Shown here piece by piece: positions 8,354 to 17,163 of a stretch of DNA of 32,000 bases (position 1 is the stretch's first letter; every line of letters begins with the position of its first letter). The DNA is from Pseudoalteromonas tetraodonis (GTDB lineage Bacteria; Pseudomonadota; Gammaproteobacteria; Enterobacterales; Alteromonadaceae). The translations under genes were made by a program, and so were the position numbers. The notes under the pieces are model-generated. The model worked only from the letters and a program-made list of their open reading frames with translations, was not told where the DNA came from and made no database searches. The stretch spans positions 30,001 to 62,000 of the forward strand of contig NZ_CP011042.1 in NCBI RefSeq assembly GCF_002310835.1, read 5' to 3'.

Positions 8354-9159
8354 AAGCGTGTTTTATACTCATGCAATGCTTGAATCGCAGTTGCAATACG
8401 CGGCGACATGCCCAGTGAAAGTAAGCTGTCCATGACCAGTAACTGACACTCTTGCGCTGCTTTTAATAAACGAAGTGTAGGTTGTTTACAAAAGGCTTGT
8501 TTCCCACCAAGGCTTTGCACAACATGCGCTGGCGCCACTAAAAAATCGGGCTGACTTACAGCCAGTACTTCACTGTTAATTGCTTTAAAGCCTGTATGCG
8601 TAGCAGCTATATTGGTAATGCCCGCATAATTAAACAGCAAGTTGGGCACCGTTTCTTGTCCTGCTGCGACGAGCCCACGCTCATTAGCTGAAAGTAAAAA
8701 CAAAGCGTTGTGAGTCTGTGTTTTTGCTTTAGTAGGTAACGATTTTTTTATTTTAGTAATTAGGTTTTGAGCTTTTAGGTTTGCATCTAAATCACTACCA
8801 AGGCGCTTAATTAGCTCAAGTAGTTCATTTACAGAAGTCGGTTTTTTATAGTGAATAACCTTCACTCCGGTCGCTTCTATTTGCTTGAGCGCCTGCTCTC
8901 TTCCTGCACCTTCAAGTGCAAGTAACGTAGTTGGGCGCATTGAAAGCACTCCCTCAGCGGCTAGGTCTCGATAGTAACCTACCTGTGGCAACTGTGTTGC
9001 TTGTTGCGGATACATACTTGATTGGTCAACCGCGACTAAACTATTTTGTTTTTCTAGTGCGTAGATTATTTCAGTTAATGTGCCGCCAGCACTGATCACA
9101 CGCTCTTTCGCGAGTGCTGATTGAGTGGCTAAAGCCAGAAAAAAAATTAGGTACTTCAT
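8350..9159 (-). CDS. hmuT: Periplasmic hemin-binding protein of the ABC transporter
   Basis: 269 aa with signal peptide MKYLIFFLALATQSALA. It shows class III periplasmic binding-protein features (RVISAGGTLTEIIYAL). It is the first gene of the operon, downstream of a Fur box. Confidence 0.85.
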   Translation of the reverse strand: MKYLIFFLALATQSALAKERVISAGGTLTEIIYALEKQNSLVAVDQSSMYPQQATQLPQVGYYRDLAAEGVLSMRPTTLLALEGAGREQALKQIEATGVKVIHYKKPTSVNELLELIKRLGSDLDANLKAQNLITKIKKSLPTKAKTQTHNALFLLSANERGLVAAGQETVPNLLFNYAGITNIAATHTGFKAINSEVLAVSQPDFLVAPAHVVQSLGGKQAFCKQPTLRLLKAAQECQLLVMDSLLSLGMSPRIATAIQALHEYKTRL

Positions 9160-9208
9160 AACAAACTCCGATTTTATTTTTTAGTATTATAACTACTTTA
9201 ATCTAAAT

Positions 9209-9227
9209 GATAATGATTATCATAATC
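9209..9227. promoter_or_regulatory. Fur box in the hmuT / heme-receptor divergent promoter region
   Basis: GATAATGATTATCATAATC matches the consensus GATAATGATAATCATTATC at 17/19 positions. Confidence 0.8.
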
Positions 9228-9264
9228 AATTGATCTTATTTCGGGTTGGTTGTACCATTTGAAA

Positions 9265-9283
9265 GTAAATAATAACTATTATC
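9265..9283. promoter_or_regulatory. Second, weaker Fur box proximal to the heme receptor gene
   Basis: GTAAATAATAACTATTATC matches the Fur consensus at about 14/19 positions. It lies 14 nt upstream of the receptor ATG. Confidence 0.5.
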
Positions 9284-9296
9284 ATTTGGAGTGGAG

Positions 9297-11378
9297 ATGA
9301 ATCCCTTTTCTTTTAAATTTACAGCATTAGCCTCTTTGTTAATTAGCTCTGGTAGCGCACTGGCCGAAAATGTTATTGACGATCATATTGTGGTTAGTGG
9401 CTCTCGTTTTGAACAAAAGCTTGAAGATGTGACTGGCTCAGTAACGGTTATTACCGAACAAGATATTGAGCGTCAGCTCGCTGTAGATTTACAAACTATG
9501 TTTAAATACGATCCAAGTATCTCAAGTACTGGCAGTGGCGCAGGCGCGCAAACATTAACTGTACGGGGTGTTGGTGGCAACAGAGTTGTTTTTATTAAAG
9601 ATGGAAGACGCACAAACGATGGCTACGCTGGCGGCGGCGGTTATTTAGTGGGTCGAAACTACTTTGATGTTGCGGGTGTTAAACAAGTTGAAGTTGCAAA
9701 AGGGGCGGCATCATCGCTATATGGTTCTGATGCACTAGGGGGAATTGTAGTAATAACAACTAAAGACCCGAGTGATTATTTAGTGGATCAACAAAGCTTG
9801 GTAAAAGTAGCGTTAGGCTACCAAGGCCAAAGTAATCAGGTTGCTGCTGATATTACAGCAGCAAAAGATTTAGGTGACTTTGCTATTAGCGCTGTTTATA
9901 GCCATCGCGATAGTGAAGAAGTACAAAACTACGTTGAAGATTTACCAGGTTACGATGCCCGCTCGGACGCTTTGCTGCTTAAAGTTGAGCAAAAACTTGA
10001 TGAAAAACGCACCCTTAAATACACCTTAGATTACTTTAATCAAACGACAGAACAAGTAATCACTCCATCCATTCAAGAAACCGAAGACGAAGACACAAAT
10101 ATCTCATTTGCACTCGATTATGATTCAGATATGGCAACAGCTATATTTGATAAATGGTATGGGCAACTATCTTATAGTCGATACGAGCAACAAAGTGACC
10201 AAATAAGCGCAGCTAGAAATTACATCGATTATAATGACTACGGGTTTGAGCAAGATATTTTAGGCTTAAAAGCGGTATTTAGTAAGGAAGTTAAAGGAGA
10301 AAATACCGAGCATGAATTTGTCTATGGAATCGATATTGATTTATATGATACTACTCGACCACGCTTAAAAACCCGTGTATTAAATGATGGTACTGTTGAT
10401 TTTACGAATGAAAAACAAAAAGCATTTCCTGGCGCCGATACTTCTTTAGTTGGTGTATATATGCAAGACAGTATTAAATTTAATGAGACTGATTGGTCGT
10501 TAGTTGCGGGTATTCGTTACGATTATTATGCACTTGAAGCAAAAAAAGATGCGCTATACGCTGACATCGAGCTTGATGATATTACCGAGTCTGCGTTTTC
10601 ACCAAAGCTGGGTGTGATTTATCAGGTAGACGATAATTTATCTTGGTATGGGCAATATGTTCGAGGCTTTAAAATACCGCCACATGACCAAGCTTATCAA
10701 AGCCATGGTGTTGAGCCATTTTATCAAATATTACCAAATGCAGATTTAGACCCTGAAAGCAGTGACTCATTCGAGATCGGATTAAGATACGCAAGTAGCG
10801 ATATTAGTGTAAATCTAAGTACTTTTTATGCTGCCTATGATGACTTTATCGAAACAACAATCGCGGGTGTTGAACCAACTTATATTCCTAATGTAAATAA
10901 AACATTTTACCAATATCAAAATATTAGCGAAACCCAGATCAGCGGTGTAGAAGCTGGTATTGCTATGTATGTTACCGACGATATTTTATTAGAAGCCAAT
11001 GTTGCTTACGTAGATGGTGAAAACAAAGATTCTGACCAGCCACTCACTAGTATTAGCCCGTTAAATGGTTCTATATTAGTAAGCACTGAGTTTGGCAATG
11101 TTAATTGGACCGCTGCTTGGCGTTTAGCTAAGGCGCAGTCTGATGTAGTACTTGATACTAATGGTAATAAAACAACACAAGGTAACGGTTATGGTGTTGT
11201 TGATTTATATGCAAATTATCAGTGGCAAGCATGGCAAATGAATGTAGGTTTACTTAACCTACTCGATAAAGAGTACGTACCGTTTGAACTTATTGCTGGT
11301 CAATCCAAAGGTACTGATTTTAGCCAATATAGCCAACCAGGACGTAATGTTTCGGCTCGGATAAGCTATCAGTTTTAA
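9297..11378 (+). CDS. TonB-dependent heme/hemoglobin outer-membrane receptor
   Basis: It has a signal peptide (MNPFSFKFTALASLLISSGSALA), a plug domain, a beta-barrel and a terminal aromatic residue (SYQF). GFKIPPHDQAYQSHG...ILPNADLDPE corresponds to the FRAP / NPNL heme-receptor boxes with intervening His residues. I prefer the ATG at 9297 with GGAG upstream over the GTG at 9291. Confidence 0.88.
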   Translation: MNPFSFKFTALASLLISSGSALAENVIDDHIVVSGSRFEQKLEDVTGSVTVITEQDIERQLAVDLQTMFKYDPSISSTGSGAGAQTLTVRGVGGNRVVFIKDGRRTNDGYAGGGGYLVGRNYFDVAGVKQVEVAKGAASSLYGSDALGGIVVITTKDPSDYLVDQQSLVKVALGYQGQSNQVAADITAAKDLGDFAISAVYSHRDSEEVQNYVEDLPGYDARSDALLLKVEQKLDEKRTLKYTLDYFNQTTEQVITPSIQETEDEDTNISFALDYDSDMATAIFDKWYGQLSYSRYEQQSDQISAARNYIDYNDYGFEQDILGLKAVFSKEVKGENTEHEFVYGIDIDLYDTTRPRLKTRVLNDGTVDFTNEKQKAFPGADTSLVGVYMQDSIKFNETDWSLVAGIRYDYYALEAKKDALYADIELDDITESAFSPKLGVIYQVDDNLSWYGQYVRGFKIPPHDQAYQSHGVEPFYQILPNADLDPESSDSFEIGLRYASSDISVNLSTFYAAYDDFIETTIAGVEPTYIPNVNKTFYQYQNISETQISGVEAGIAMYVTDDILLEANVAYVDGENKDSDQPLTSISPLNGSILVSTEFGNVNWTAAWRLAKAQSDVVLDTNGNKTTQGNGYGVVDLYANYQWQAWQMNVGLLNLLDKEYVPFELIAGQSKGTDFSQYSQPGRNVSARISYQF

Positions 11379-11671
11379 TTAATATTAAAAGTTGTATATA
11401 TACCAATCGGCATAAATATCTGAATAATTTAACGGATTGAATTTTTTTATGTTTAAGCTGATTGGTATATAAAGCACTAGAAAACACTGCGTATTGCACC
11501 ATAGTGTAAAGGGGGTTTACGTCTCTATAATTTTTGTACTGCTCATATATTTCAATAGCACTATGCATACATTTTCAAAAGAGTGCGTTTAAATCAATAT
11601 TGGTTTACTAAAGGCACTTATGGCATGCGTATTCAACACGAGAAACCTAAGCTAATTATAAAAAGGAGGTA

Positions 11672-12280
11672 TCAGCTCGAACAGGTTACATCACTCATAC
11701 CAAAAGTATGCGTTAAACCATCAGAATTTTTATCAATTACTATCAGATTATTCTTTTCAATGTAAAACGTGTATTCGCGCATCCAATTGAGTTTAGCAAT
11801 TCGCTTTAGCTCATAACGGCCAAATGCTAGCGGGCAATTTAAATACGCATAATGATAGGCTTTCCCCATTGCCCCAGGGTCTGCGGTATAAATATAAATA
11901 GTACGATCAGTAAACGTGTTTTGTTTGTGAATATAATCAGGCGTTGATAATGAAGAACCATTGACTAAAATCCCTAAACACAAAAAAGGAATTTGTATTA
12001 CACCGACTAATGTAAGAATGATATAGAACAACCACTGGGCTATTTTATTTTTAATTATGCTTTTAATTTTTTTAGGTTTGGTGAAAAGCAGTATTAAACC
12101 CGTAATTACCAACACTAATTTTATATAAAGTAGATTATGGCTTAATGTATCCATAAGCCGTGGTGAGTGCCAATTTAACCCCCATAGCGCTCCCCCGTGC
12201 ATGCTTTCTAGGAATGGTAACAATAAACATGCAGAAATAAGAAAAATAATTAACGAGCTATTATTGCTGCTTGTATCCAT
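11672..12280 (-). CDS. Hypothetical membrane protein (3-4 predicted TM helices plus a C-terminal soluble region)
   Basis: 202-aa ORF with no family recognised. The hydrophobic N-terminal two-thirds is followed by DRTIYIYTADPGAMGKAYHYAYLNCPLAFGRYELK.... Confidence 0.55.
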   Translation of the reverse strand: MDTSSNNSSLIIFLISACLLLPFLESMHGGALWGLNWHSPRLMDTLSHNLLYIKLVLVITGLILLFTKPKKIKSIIKNKIAQWLFYIILTLVGVIQIPFLCLGILVNGSSLSTPDYIHKQNTFTDRTIYIYTADPGAMGKAYHYAYLNCPLAFGRYELKRIAKLNWMREYTFYIEKNNLIVIDKNSDGLTHTFGMSDVTCSS

Positions 12281-12438
12281 TTATTTTTGTCCTTTAAATC
12301 TAACCGGAGTCGCTGTATTTTAGTGTGATATTTATAACATGTTTTATAATACAGCGTACCTAAAATGTCATAATGCAGACAGCTATTTTATGATATGAAA
12401 GTGACTGTAAAGGGGGTTAACAGCGGCTATGTATTATA

Positions 12439-12480
12439 CAAAAAAATAAAAAAGCGCCTTAACCACTACATTAAGACGCT
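12439..12480 (-). terminator. Intrinsic terminator downstream of the second TonB-dependent receptor
   Basis: On the minus strand, stem gcgtcttaa / ttaaggcgc (one mismatch, 12454-12479) is followed by ttttttattttttt. Confidence 0.6.
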
Positions 12481-12539
12481 TTGGATGAAAAACTATAAAT
12501 AACTAGACGTTAAAATAGCTAATCGGGACTATGAAATTG

Positions 12540-14615
12540 TTAGAATTGATAGGCCAATGACATCTTAAATTGAGTAGGCGCACCGGGGTAAACCCATAAT
12601 GCGTTGTAGCTACTTTGAGCATATTCTTCATCAAAAATATTGTTAACACTGATATTTAACTTGGTGCGCTCGGTTAAGTTTACCTGCCCAAAAATACCAA
12701 CTAGTTGATAACTCGGTAAGTTAAATGTTAAATCGGCGGCATCGCCTAATCGTTCACTGGTGTACTGATAACTAGCCCCTAGCTCAAGCTCTTTACCAAG
12801 CAAGGCTGTTTGATGGCTAAGCGTTAGGTTTAAGTTATTTTTAGGCACATTGACTAATGGGCTGCCTTTTTTTATTGGCACGCCCCAATCAGCATTTATT
12901 ATGTCGTTTGCCGTACTGGCATCTATATAAGCGTAAGATAAATTAAACTTTGTATCATCAGTAATGTAAGTACTTAAATCGAGTTCAACACCTTTACTGT
13001 TTGCTTTACCAATAGGCGCTGAAAAACCAACGTTTACAGGGTCGGCTACTAACATATTACTTTTAGTGGCATCAAATAATGCTAGGGTTCCCGTTATGCC
13101 TTGGTAGCTAAATTTAGCGCCTACTTCAAATGAGTCACTGTATTCAAAGCCAAATGGGTCGCCACTTGCATCTGTGCCACTTAATGGTAAAAAGCCTTCA
13201 GAGTAACTGCTGTATAAGGTTACAGCGTTGTTTAGCTCGTATAATAAGCCTATTCGCGGGCTTACCTGGCTCTGTGAGCTACTTGAAAGCACAGCACTTT
13301 TGGTTTCTAAAATGTCTTGATCTACGCTATCGAACCTAAGGCCAACTAATAGCTTAAATTTATCAGTCAGATCCATTTGATCTTGAACGTATATACCATA
13401 AGCATCTTGTTGTTCGTTGTTTTCGTAGAGTAAACCTACTTCAGGACGCGCAACGTTATAATTAGGTTGATAAATATCAATTGTGTAGGTGCCGTTACCG
13501 CCGCGATAACGATAAAGTCCAGTGCGTAAGTCGTATTTGTATGCATCGGCTCCCATTAATAAATGATGGGTAATGCCTGCGGTATCAAAATGCCCGCTTA
13601 GCTCAAATTTAAGGCTGGTATCATCAACTTCATAATCGCGGTAGCGCTGTTGGCGGGTAAGTGTGCGGCCATCATCGAATAATGATTGGCGCGAGGGTGC
13701 AAGTTCAGCATCAGACGAAAACCCAGTTAGTGTAGAGCTGCGGTAGTTTGCGCCTACAACGAGTGACCATTCATTGTTTATATCATGATTTAAAGTCACT
13801 TGGTGACCACGAGAATATACTTGCGTGTCACCATCGTTTGGATTGCCTAAATAGCGCGAGTTAGGGACAGTATTAAAATTATCATTAAGTACAACAACCC
13901 CACGGTCAAATAGCTGGGCTAAATCAACGTATTCAAATTCATAAGTGATGCTGGTTGAAGCGTTTATTTGATGATAAATCGATGGTGTAACCACCTTTTT
14001 ATGGGTGTACACCTCATCGCGGTAGCTGTCGCTATCTTGCCATGCGCCATTTATTCTAAATGCAGTGTTATCGTTAATGCCGTTTGTATAGTCACCTTCA
14101 ACGCGATTAAAATTATCACTACCTAAGCTGAGCTTTAGCTCACCCTGTTGCTCAAACTGAGGTTTTTTGGTCACGATATTAACTGTACCGCCGGGCTCTG
14201 AGCGGCCATAAAGTGCGGAGCCTGGGCCTTTTAATACTTCAATGTACTCAATGTTTGATACATCACGAGGGCCGCTGAATCCGCGCCCACCGCTAAAACC
14301 ATTAATTAAGTAACCCGATGGCATGTTTTCGTTACCCGATAATCCACGAATCGAAAAGCTATCCCATAATGCGCCACTGTTATTTTTACGTGAAATACTG
14401 GCAGAAAAGTCCAGCGCATCTTGTAATTGAGTTATTCCTTTTTGATCAAGTACCGCGTTATCGAGGGTTTCGATTGATTGTGGCATTTGCTTTTGAGGAA
14501 TATCGCCTCGGTAAGCTTGTTTATATGTAACCGCAATTTTCTCTATTGGTTGACTTTGGGCAAGGCTTTGTGCGCTTGCACTTAAGCAGGCTAAGTAAAT
14601 TAATGAGTACTTCAT
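12540..14615 (-). CDS. TonB-dependent siderophore/metallophore-type outer-membrane receptor
   Basis: 691 aa with signal peptide MKYSLIYLACLSASAQSLA. Plug motifs are present (IEYIEVLKGPGSALYGRSEPGGTVNIVTKKP), followed by a long beta-barrel ending in LAYQF. Confidence 0.88.
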   Translation of the reverse strand: MKYSLIYLACLSASAQSLAQSQPIEKIAVTYKQAYRGDIPQKQMPQSIETLDNAVLDQKGITQLQDALDFSASISRKNNSGALWDSFSIRGLSGNENMPSGYLINGFSGGRGFSGPRDVSNIEYIEVLKGPGSALYGRSEPGGTVNIVTKKPQFEQQGELKLSLGSDNFNRVEGDYTNGINDNTAFRINGAWQDSDSYRDEVYTHKKVVTPSIYHQINASTSITYEFEYVDLAQLFDRGVVVLNDNFNTVPNSRYLGNPNDGDTQVYSRGHQVTLNHDINNEWSLVVGANYRSSTLTGFSSDAELAPSRQSLFDDGRTLTRQQRYRDYEVDDTSLKFELSGHFDTAGITHHLLMGADAYKYDLRTGLYRYRGGNGTYTIDIYQPNYNVARPEVGLLYENNEQQDAYGIYVQDQMDLTDKFKLLVGLRFDSVDQDILETKSAVLSSSSQSQVSPRIGLLYELNNAVTLYSSYSEGFLPLSGTDASGDPFGFEYSDSFEVGAKFSYQGITGTLALFDATKSNMLVADPVNVGFSAPIGKANSKGVELDLSTYITDDTKFNLSYAYIDASTANDIINADWGVPIKKGSPLVNVPKNNLNLTLSHQTALLGKELELGASYQYTSERLGDAADLTFNLPSYQLVGIFGQVNLTERTKLNISVNNIFDEEYAQSSYNALWVYPGAPTQFKMSLAYQF

Positions 14616-14633
14616 AAAATGCTTTTTAGTAAC

Positions 14634-14646
14634 GTTATATTATAAC
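14634..14646. promoter_or_regulatory. Zur-box-like palindrome upstream of the receptor gene
   Basis: GTTATAtTATAAC is identical to the core of the gammaproteobacterial Zur operator (GAAATGTTATAnTATAACATTTC). The flanks match only partially (aac...caa). It lies 18 nt from the receptor ATG (14615) and 131 nt from the divergent gene. Confidence 0.4.
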
Positions 14647-14777
14647 CAAAACTATAACATGTGTTACTTTATAACAAAATGTTTTTTTGCGCTCTATGTG
14701 TGCGTCTAATTTTTACACTAGCGACTATGCAGCTATCACGTTAAGATGGATAAAAATAACACAATAAGAACAATATA

Positions 14778-15398
14778 ATGTTAACAAAAACAAATGCATT
14801 AATTTACTTTTTAGCGTTTAGTAGTGGCTTTAGTATTATGGGAATAGAGCTATTAGGTGGGCGAATTTTAGCGCCTTACTTTGGCAGTAGTGTGCATATC
14901 TGGGGCAGTATTATTACGGTATTTATGCTTAGCTTATCATTTGGGTATTTACTGGGGGGTAAGCTGTCTATTCGTCATCCTTCGTTGACCAAATATGGGT
15001 TAATCTTTTTAGTTGCCAGTATTATGGTACTACCCATTGCTTTGTTTGCTGAGCCAATTATGGCATTTATTTTTTCGCATATTGAAGACAGTCGCTATGG
15101 CTCGTTACTCGCCTCAACCGCGTTATTTTTTATACCCACCATTATTTTAGGCATGATCTCGCCCTACTCCGTACGTTTACTGGTCACAAATAGTGAGCGC
15201 AGCGGCCAAGTAGCAGGTGGCCTTTATTTTGTAAGTACCTTAGGCAGCGCACTGGGCACCATTATTACCTCTTTTTATATGGTACTGGCGTTTGATGTTA
15301 ACGCGATTATTTTAGGTTTTGCTGGTGTATTGGGCACGCTTGGGCTAATTGCTATTACCTTTGACAAACTTAAAGTACGAGAGGCCGTTTATGCTTAA
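14778..15398 (+). CDS. Membrane domain protein homologous to the N-terminal TM region of fused membrane/spermidine-synthase-like proteins
   Basis: 206 aa with about 6 TM segments. FLAFSSGFSIMGIELLGGRILAPYFGSSVHIWGSIITVFM is typical of the TM module found fused to spermidine-synthase-like domains. Confidence 0.65.
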   Translation: MLTKTNALIYFLAFSSGFSIMGIELLGGRILAPYFGSSVHIWGSIITVFMLSLSFGYLLGGKLSIRHPSLTKYGLIFLVASIMVLPIALFAEPIMAFIFSHIEDSRYGSLLASTALFFIPTIILGMISPYSVRLLVTNSERSGQVAGGLYFVSTLGSALGTIITSFYMVLAFDVNAIILGFAGVLGTLGLIAITFDKLKVREAVYA

Positions 15399-16287
15399 GT
15401 TTAAATCCCTGTTTGTTTGTATTACGGCGCTACTGCTTTCATCATACAGTGCAGCTAATGTTGTGCATAAAGAGCGCTCCTTGTATCGAAATCTACTCGT
15501 TGAAGAAACTGGCGATTTACGCTGTTTAAAGTTTGATGAAAAAACCCGACAAAGCAGCCAAAGTTGCATGTACATTAGCGACCCTAAAAAACTCGTGTTT
15601 AACTACACTAAGCTGGCTTTTTCTAGTTTGTTACTGATTGATAACCCTAAAAATGTGCTCATTATTGGTTTAGGTGGTGGAACGCTTTCTAATATGATTC
15701 ACGAGCTATACCCGAGTGCGCATATTGAAAATGTAGAAATAGATCCTGCGGTAATTAAAGTGGCGCGCGATTATTTTAACTTTATAGAAACCGATAACGT
15801 AACTGCTAAAGTGCAAGATGGGCGTATTTTTATTAAACGTGCGGCGCTTAAAAAACAGCAATTTGATTGGATTATTTTAGATGCGTTTAATGGCGATTAC
15901 ATTCCTGAGCACTTACTCACAAAAGAGTTTTTTGAAGAGATAAAAAGCGTATTAGCCGAAGGCGGAATTGTGGCTGCTAACACGTTTTCATCAAGTAAAC
16001 TCTATGAGCATGAGTCGGCAACCTATCATGCGGTATTTGGCGATTTTATTAATGTAACAGCCAATAATAATAGTAATCGTATTATTTTAGCTGGTTATAG
16101 CAATATCCCTACAGAGCAACAAATAGCGCAGCGGGTGACGCAGCTAGCTCCGTTACTTGCCCCTTATGACGTAGATATAAAGGCAATTAGCCAGCGTATG
16201 TTTTTCACCAAAGATGGTAAAGATTGGCCAAGTGATACTAAGGTGCTAACCGATCAATACTCTCCAGCAAATTTACTTAACTTTTAG
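15391..16287 (+). CDS. Spermidine-synthase-like (class I SAM-dependent aminopropyl/methyltransferase fold) protein with an N-terminal signal/anchor
   Basis: Starting at the ATG at 15391 gives MLKFKSLFVCITALLLSSYSAANV. VLIIGLGGGTL (a SAM-binding GxGxG), VEIDPAVIKVARDYF and ILDAFNGDYIPEHLLTKEFF match spermidine synthase family motifs. It overlaps the upstream gene by 8 nt (ATGCTTAA). Confidence 0.7.
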   Translation: MLKFKSLFVCITALLLSSYSAANVVHKERSLYRNLLVEETGDLRCLKFDEKTRQSSQSCMYISDPKKLVFNYTKLAFSSLLLIDNPKNVLIIGLGGGTLSNMIHELYPSAHIENVEIDPAVIKVARDYFNFIETDNVTAKVQDGRIFIKRAALKKQQFDWIILDAFNGDYIPEHLLTKEFFEEIKSVLAEGGIVAANTFSSSKLYEHESATYHAVFGDFINVTANNNSNRIILAGYSNIPTEQQIAQRVTQLAPLLAPYDVDIKAISQRMFFTKDGKDWPSDTKVLTDQYSPANLLNF

Positions 16288-16358
16288 TAGCTGTTATATG
16301 GTCACTTATATCCGGTGGCCATTACTTATTAAAAAGATAATATTTTAAGGAAGCGATA

Positions 16359-17072
16359 ATGCACATTCACTTTATTATTCATGAACATTTTGAAGCGCCA
16401 GGCGCTTATGAAACCTGGGCTAAAATGAATGGTCATACGCTGTCTTATACCCGTATTTATTTAGCTGGAAACTTACCGCAACATGCTGATGATATAGACT
16501 TTTTAATCGTAATGGGTGGGCCACAATCGCCCGCTACATCGCTTGCAGAATGCGCTTATTTTGATAGCAAAAAAGAACAAGCCTTTATTGCCAGCATGAT
16601 CACGGCAAACAAAGTAGTGTTGGGCGTTTGTTTGGGGTCGCAATTAATTGGTGAAGCGTTAGGCGCGGCTTATCAACCTAGTCCAGAAAAGGAAATTGGT
16701 AAGTTTGCTATTACCCTCACTGATGCAGGTTTGAATCATCCGTTATTTAGCCATTTTGGCAGTGAGCTTAATGTGGGGCATTGGCATAACGATATGCCAG
16801 GGCTGACTACTACAGCCAGTATTATTGCCTATAGCGAAGGTTGTCCAAGGCAAATAGTCGCTTATAGCGATTTAGTATTTGGTTTTCAATGCCACATGGA
16901 ACTGACCACCGAGGTGGTTACCCTCCTCATTGCCAACGATGATTTAAGCAATGCCCAAAACCATCGCTTTGTAGAAAATCCCGAAAAGCTCTTAAGTCAG
17001 GACTATAGTGAAATGAACAATAAGCTTTATACTTTCTTAGATAAGCTTGCCGTACACTATTTATCTAAATAA
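16359..17072 (+). CDS. Class I glutamine amidotransferase (GuaA-N-like)
   Basis: 237 aa. The nucleophile elbow is GVCLGSQLI, and the His of the triad is in GFQCHMEL. It lies 71 nt downstream of the spermidine-synthase-like gene. Confidence 0.8.
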   Translation: MHIHFIIHEHFEAPGAYETWAKMNGHTLSYTRIYLAGNLPQHADDIDFLIVMGGPQSPATSLAECAYFDSKKEQAFIASMITANKVVLGVCLGSQLIGEALGAAYQPSPEKEIGKFAITLTDAGLNHPLFSHFGSELNVGHWHNDMPGLTTTASIIAYSEGCPRQIVAYSDLVFGFQCHMELTTEVVTLLIANDDLSNAQNHRFVENPEKLLSQDYSEMNNKLYTFLDKLAVHYLSK

Positions 17073-17163
17073 TACTTATTTACGTGAAGTTAAAATACCA
17101 AACATTTACTTAGCCTGCTAACTAATGCTAAAATTTGCTGGATATTCACAAGCAAGAGTTCCT

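Noticed and set aside
11320-11765. ORFs 11320-11568(-) and 11583-11765(+)
   Set aside because: The first overlaps the 3' end of the heme receptor by 59 nt and spans an inverted repeat. The second overlaps the 202-aa membrane-protein gene. Neither has an SD, signal or family features. I cannot fully exclude a small real gene at 11380-11568.
13130-14530. ORFs 13130-13339(+) and 14318-14530(+), inside the second TonB-dependent receptor
   Set aside because: They are antisense shadow ORFs within a 691-aa gene with clear plug and barrel motifs.
14616-14777. Fur box in the second receptor's promoter region
   Set aside because: The hexamer pattern (gttata ttataa ccaaaa ctataa) fits the Fur consensus poorly. 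The same bases fit the Zur core much better, so only the Zur-like call is reported, at modest confidence.
15345-15575. ORF 15345-15575(-)
   Set aside because: It is antisense across the junction of the membrane and spermidine-synthase-like genes and shows no supporting features.
16288-16358. Terminator between the spermidine-synthase-like gene and the amidotransferase
   Set aside because: tggtcac...gtggcca forms only a 7-bp stem with a wobble pair, and the T-tract is poor. This is insufficient to call, so operon membership of the amidotransferase is left open.
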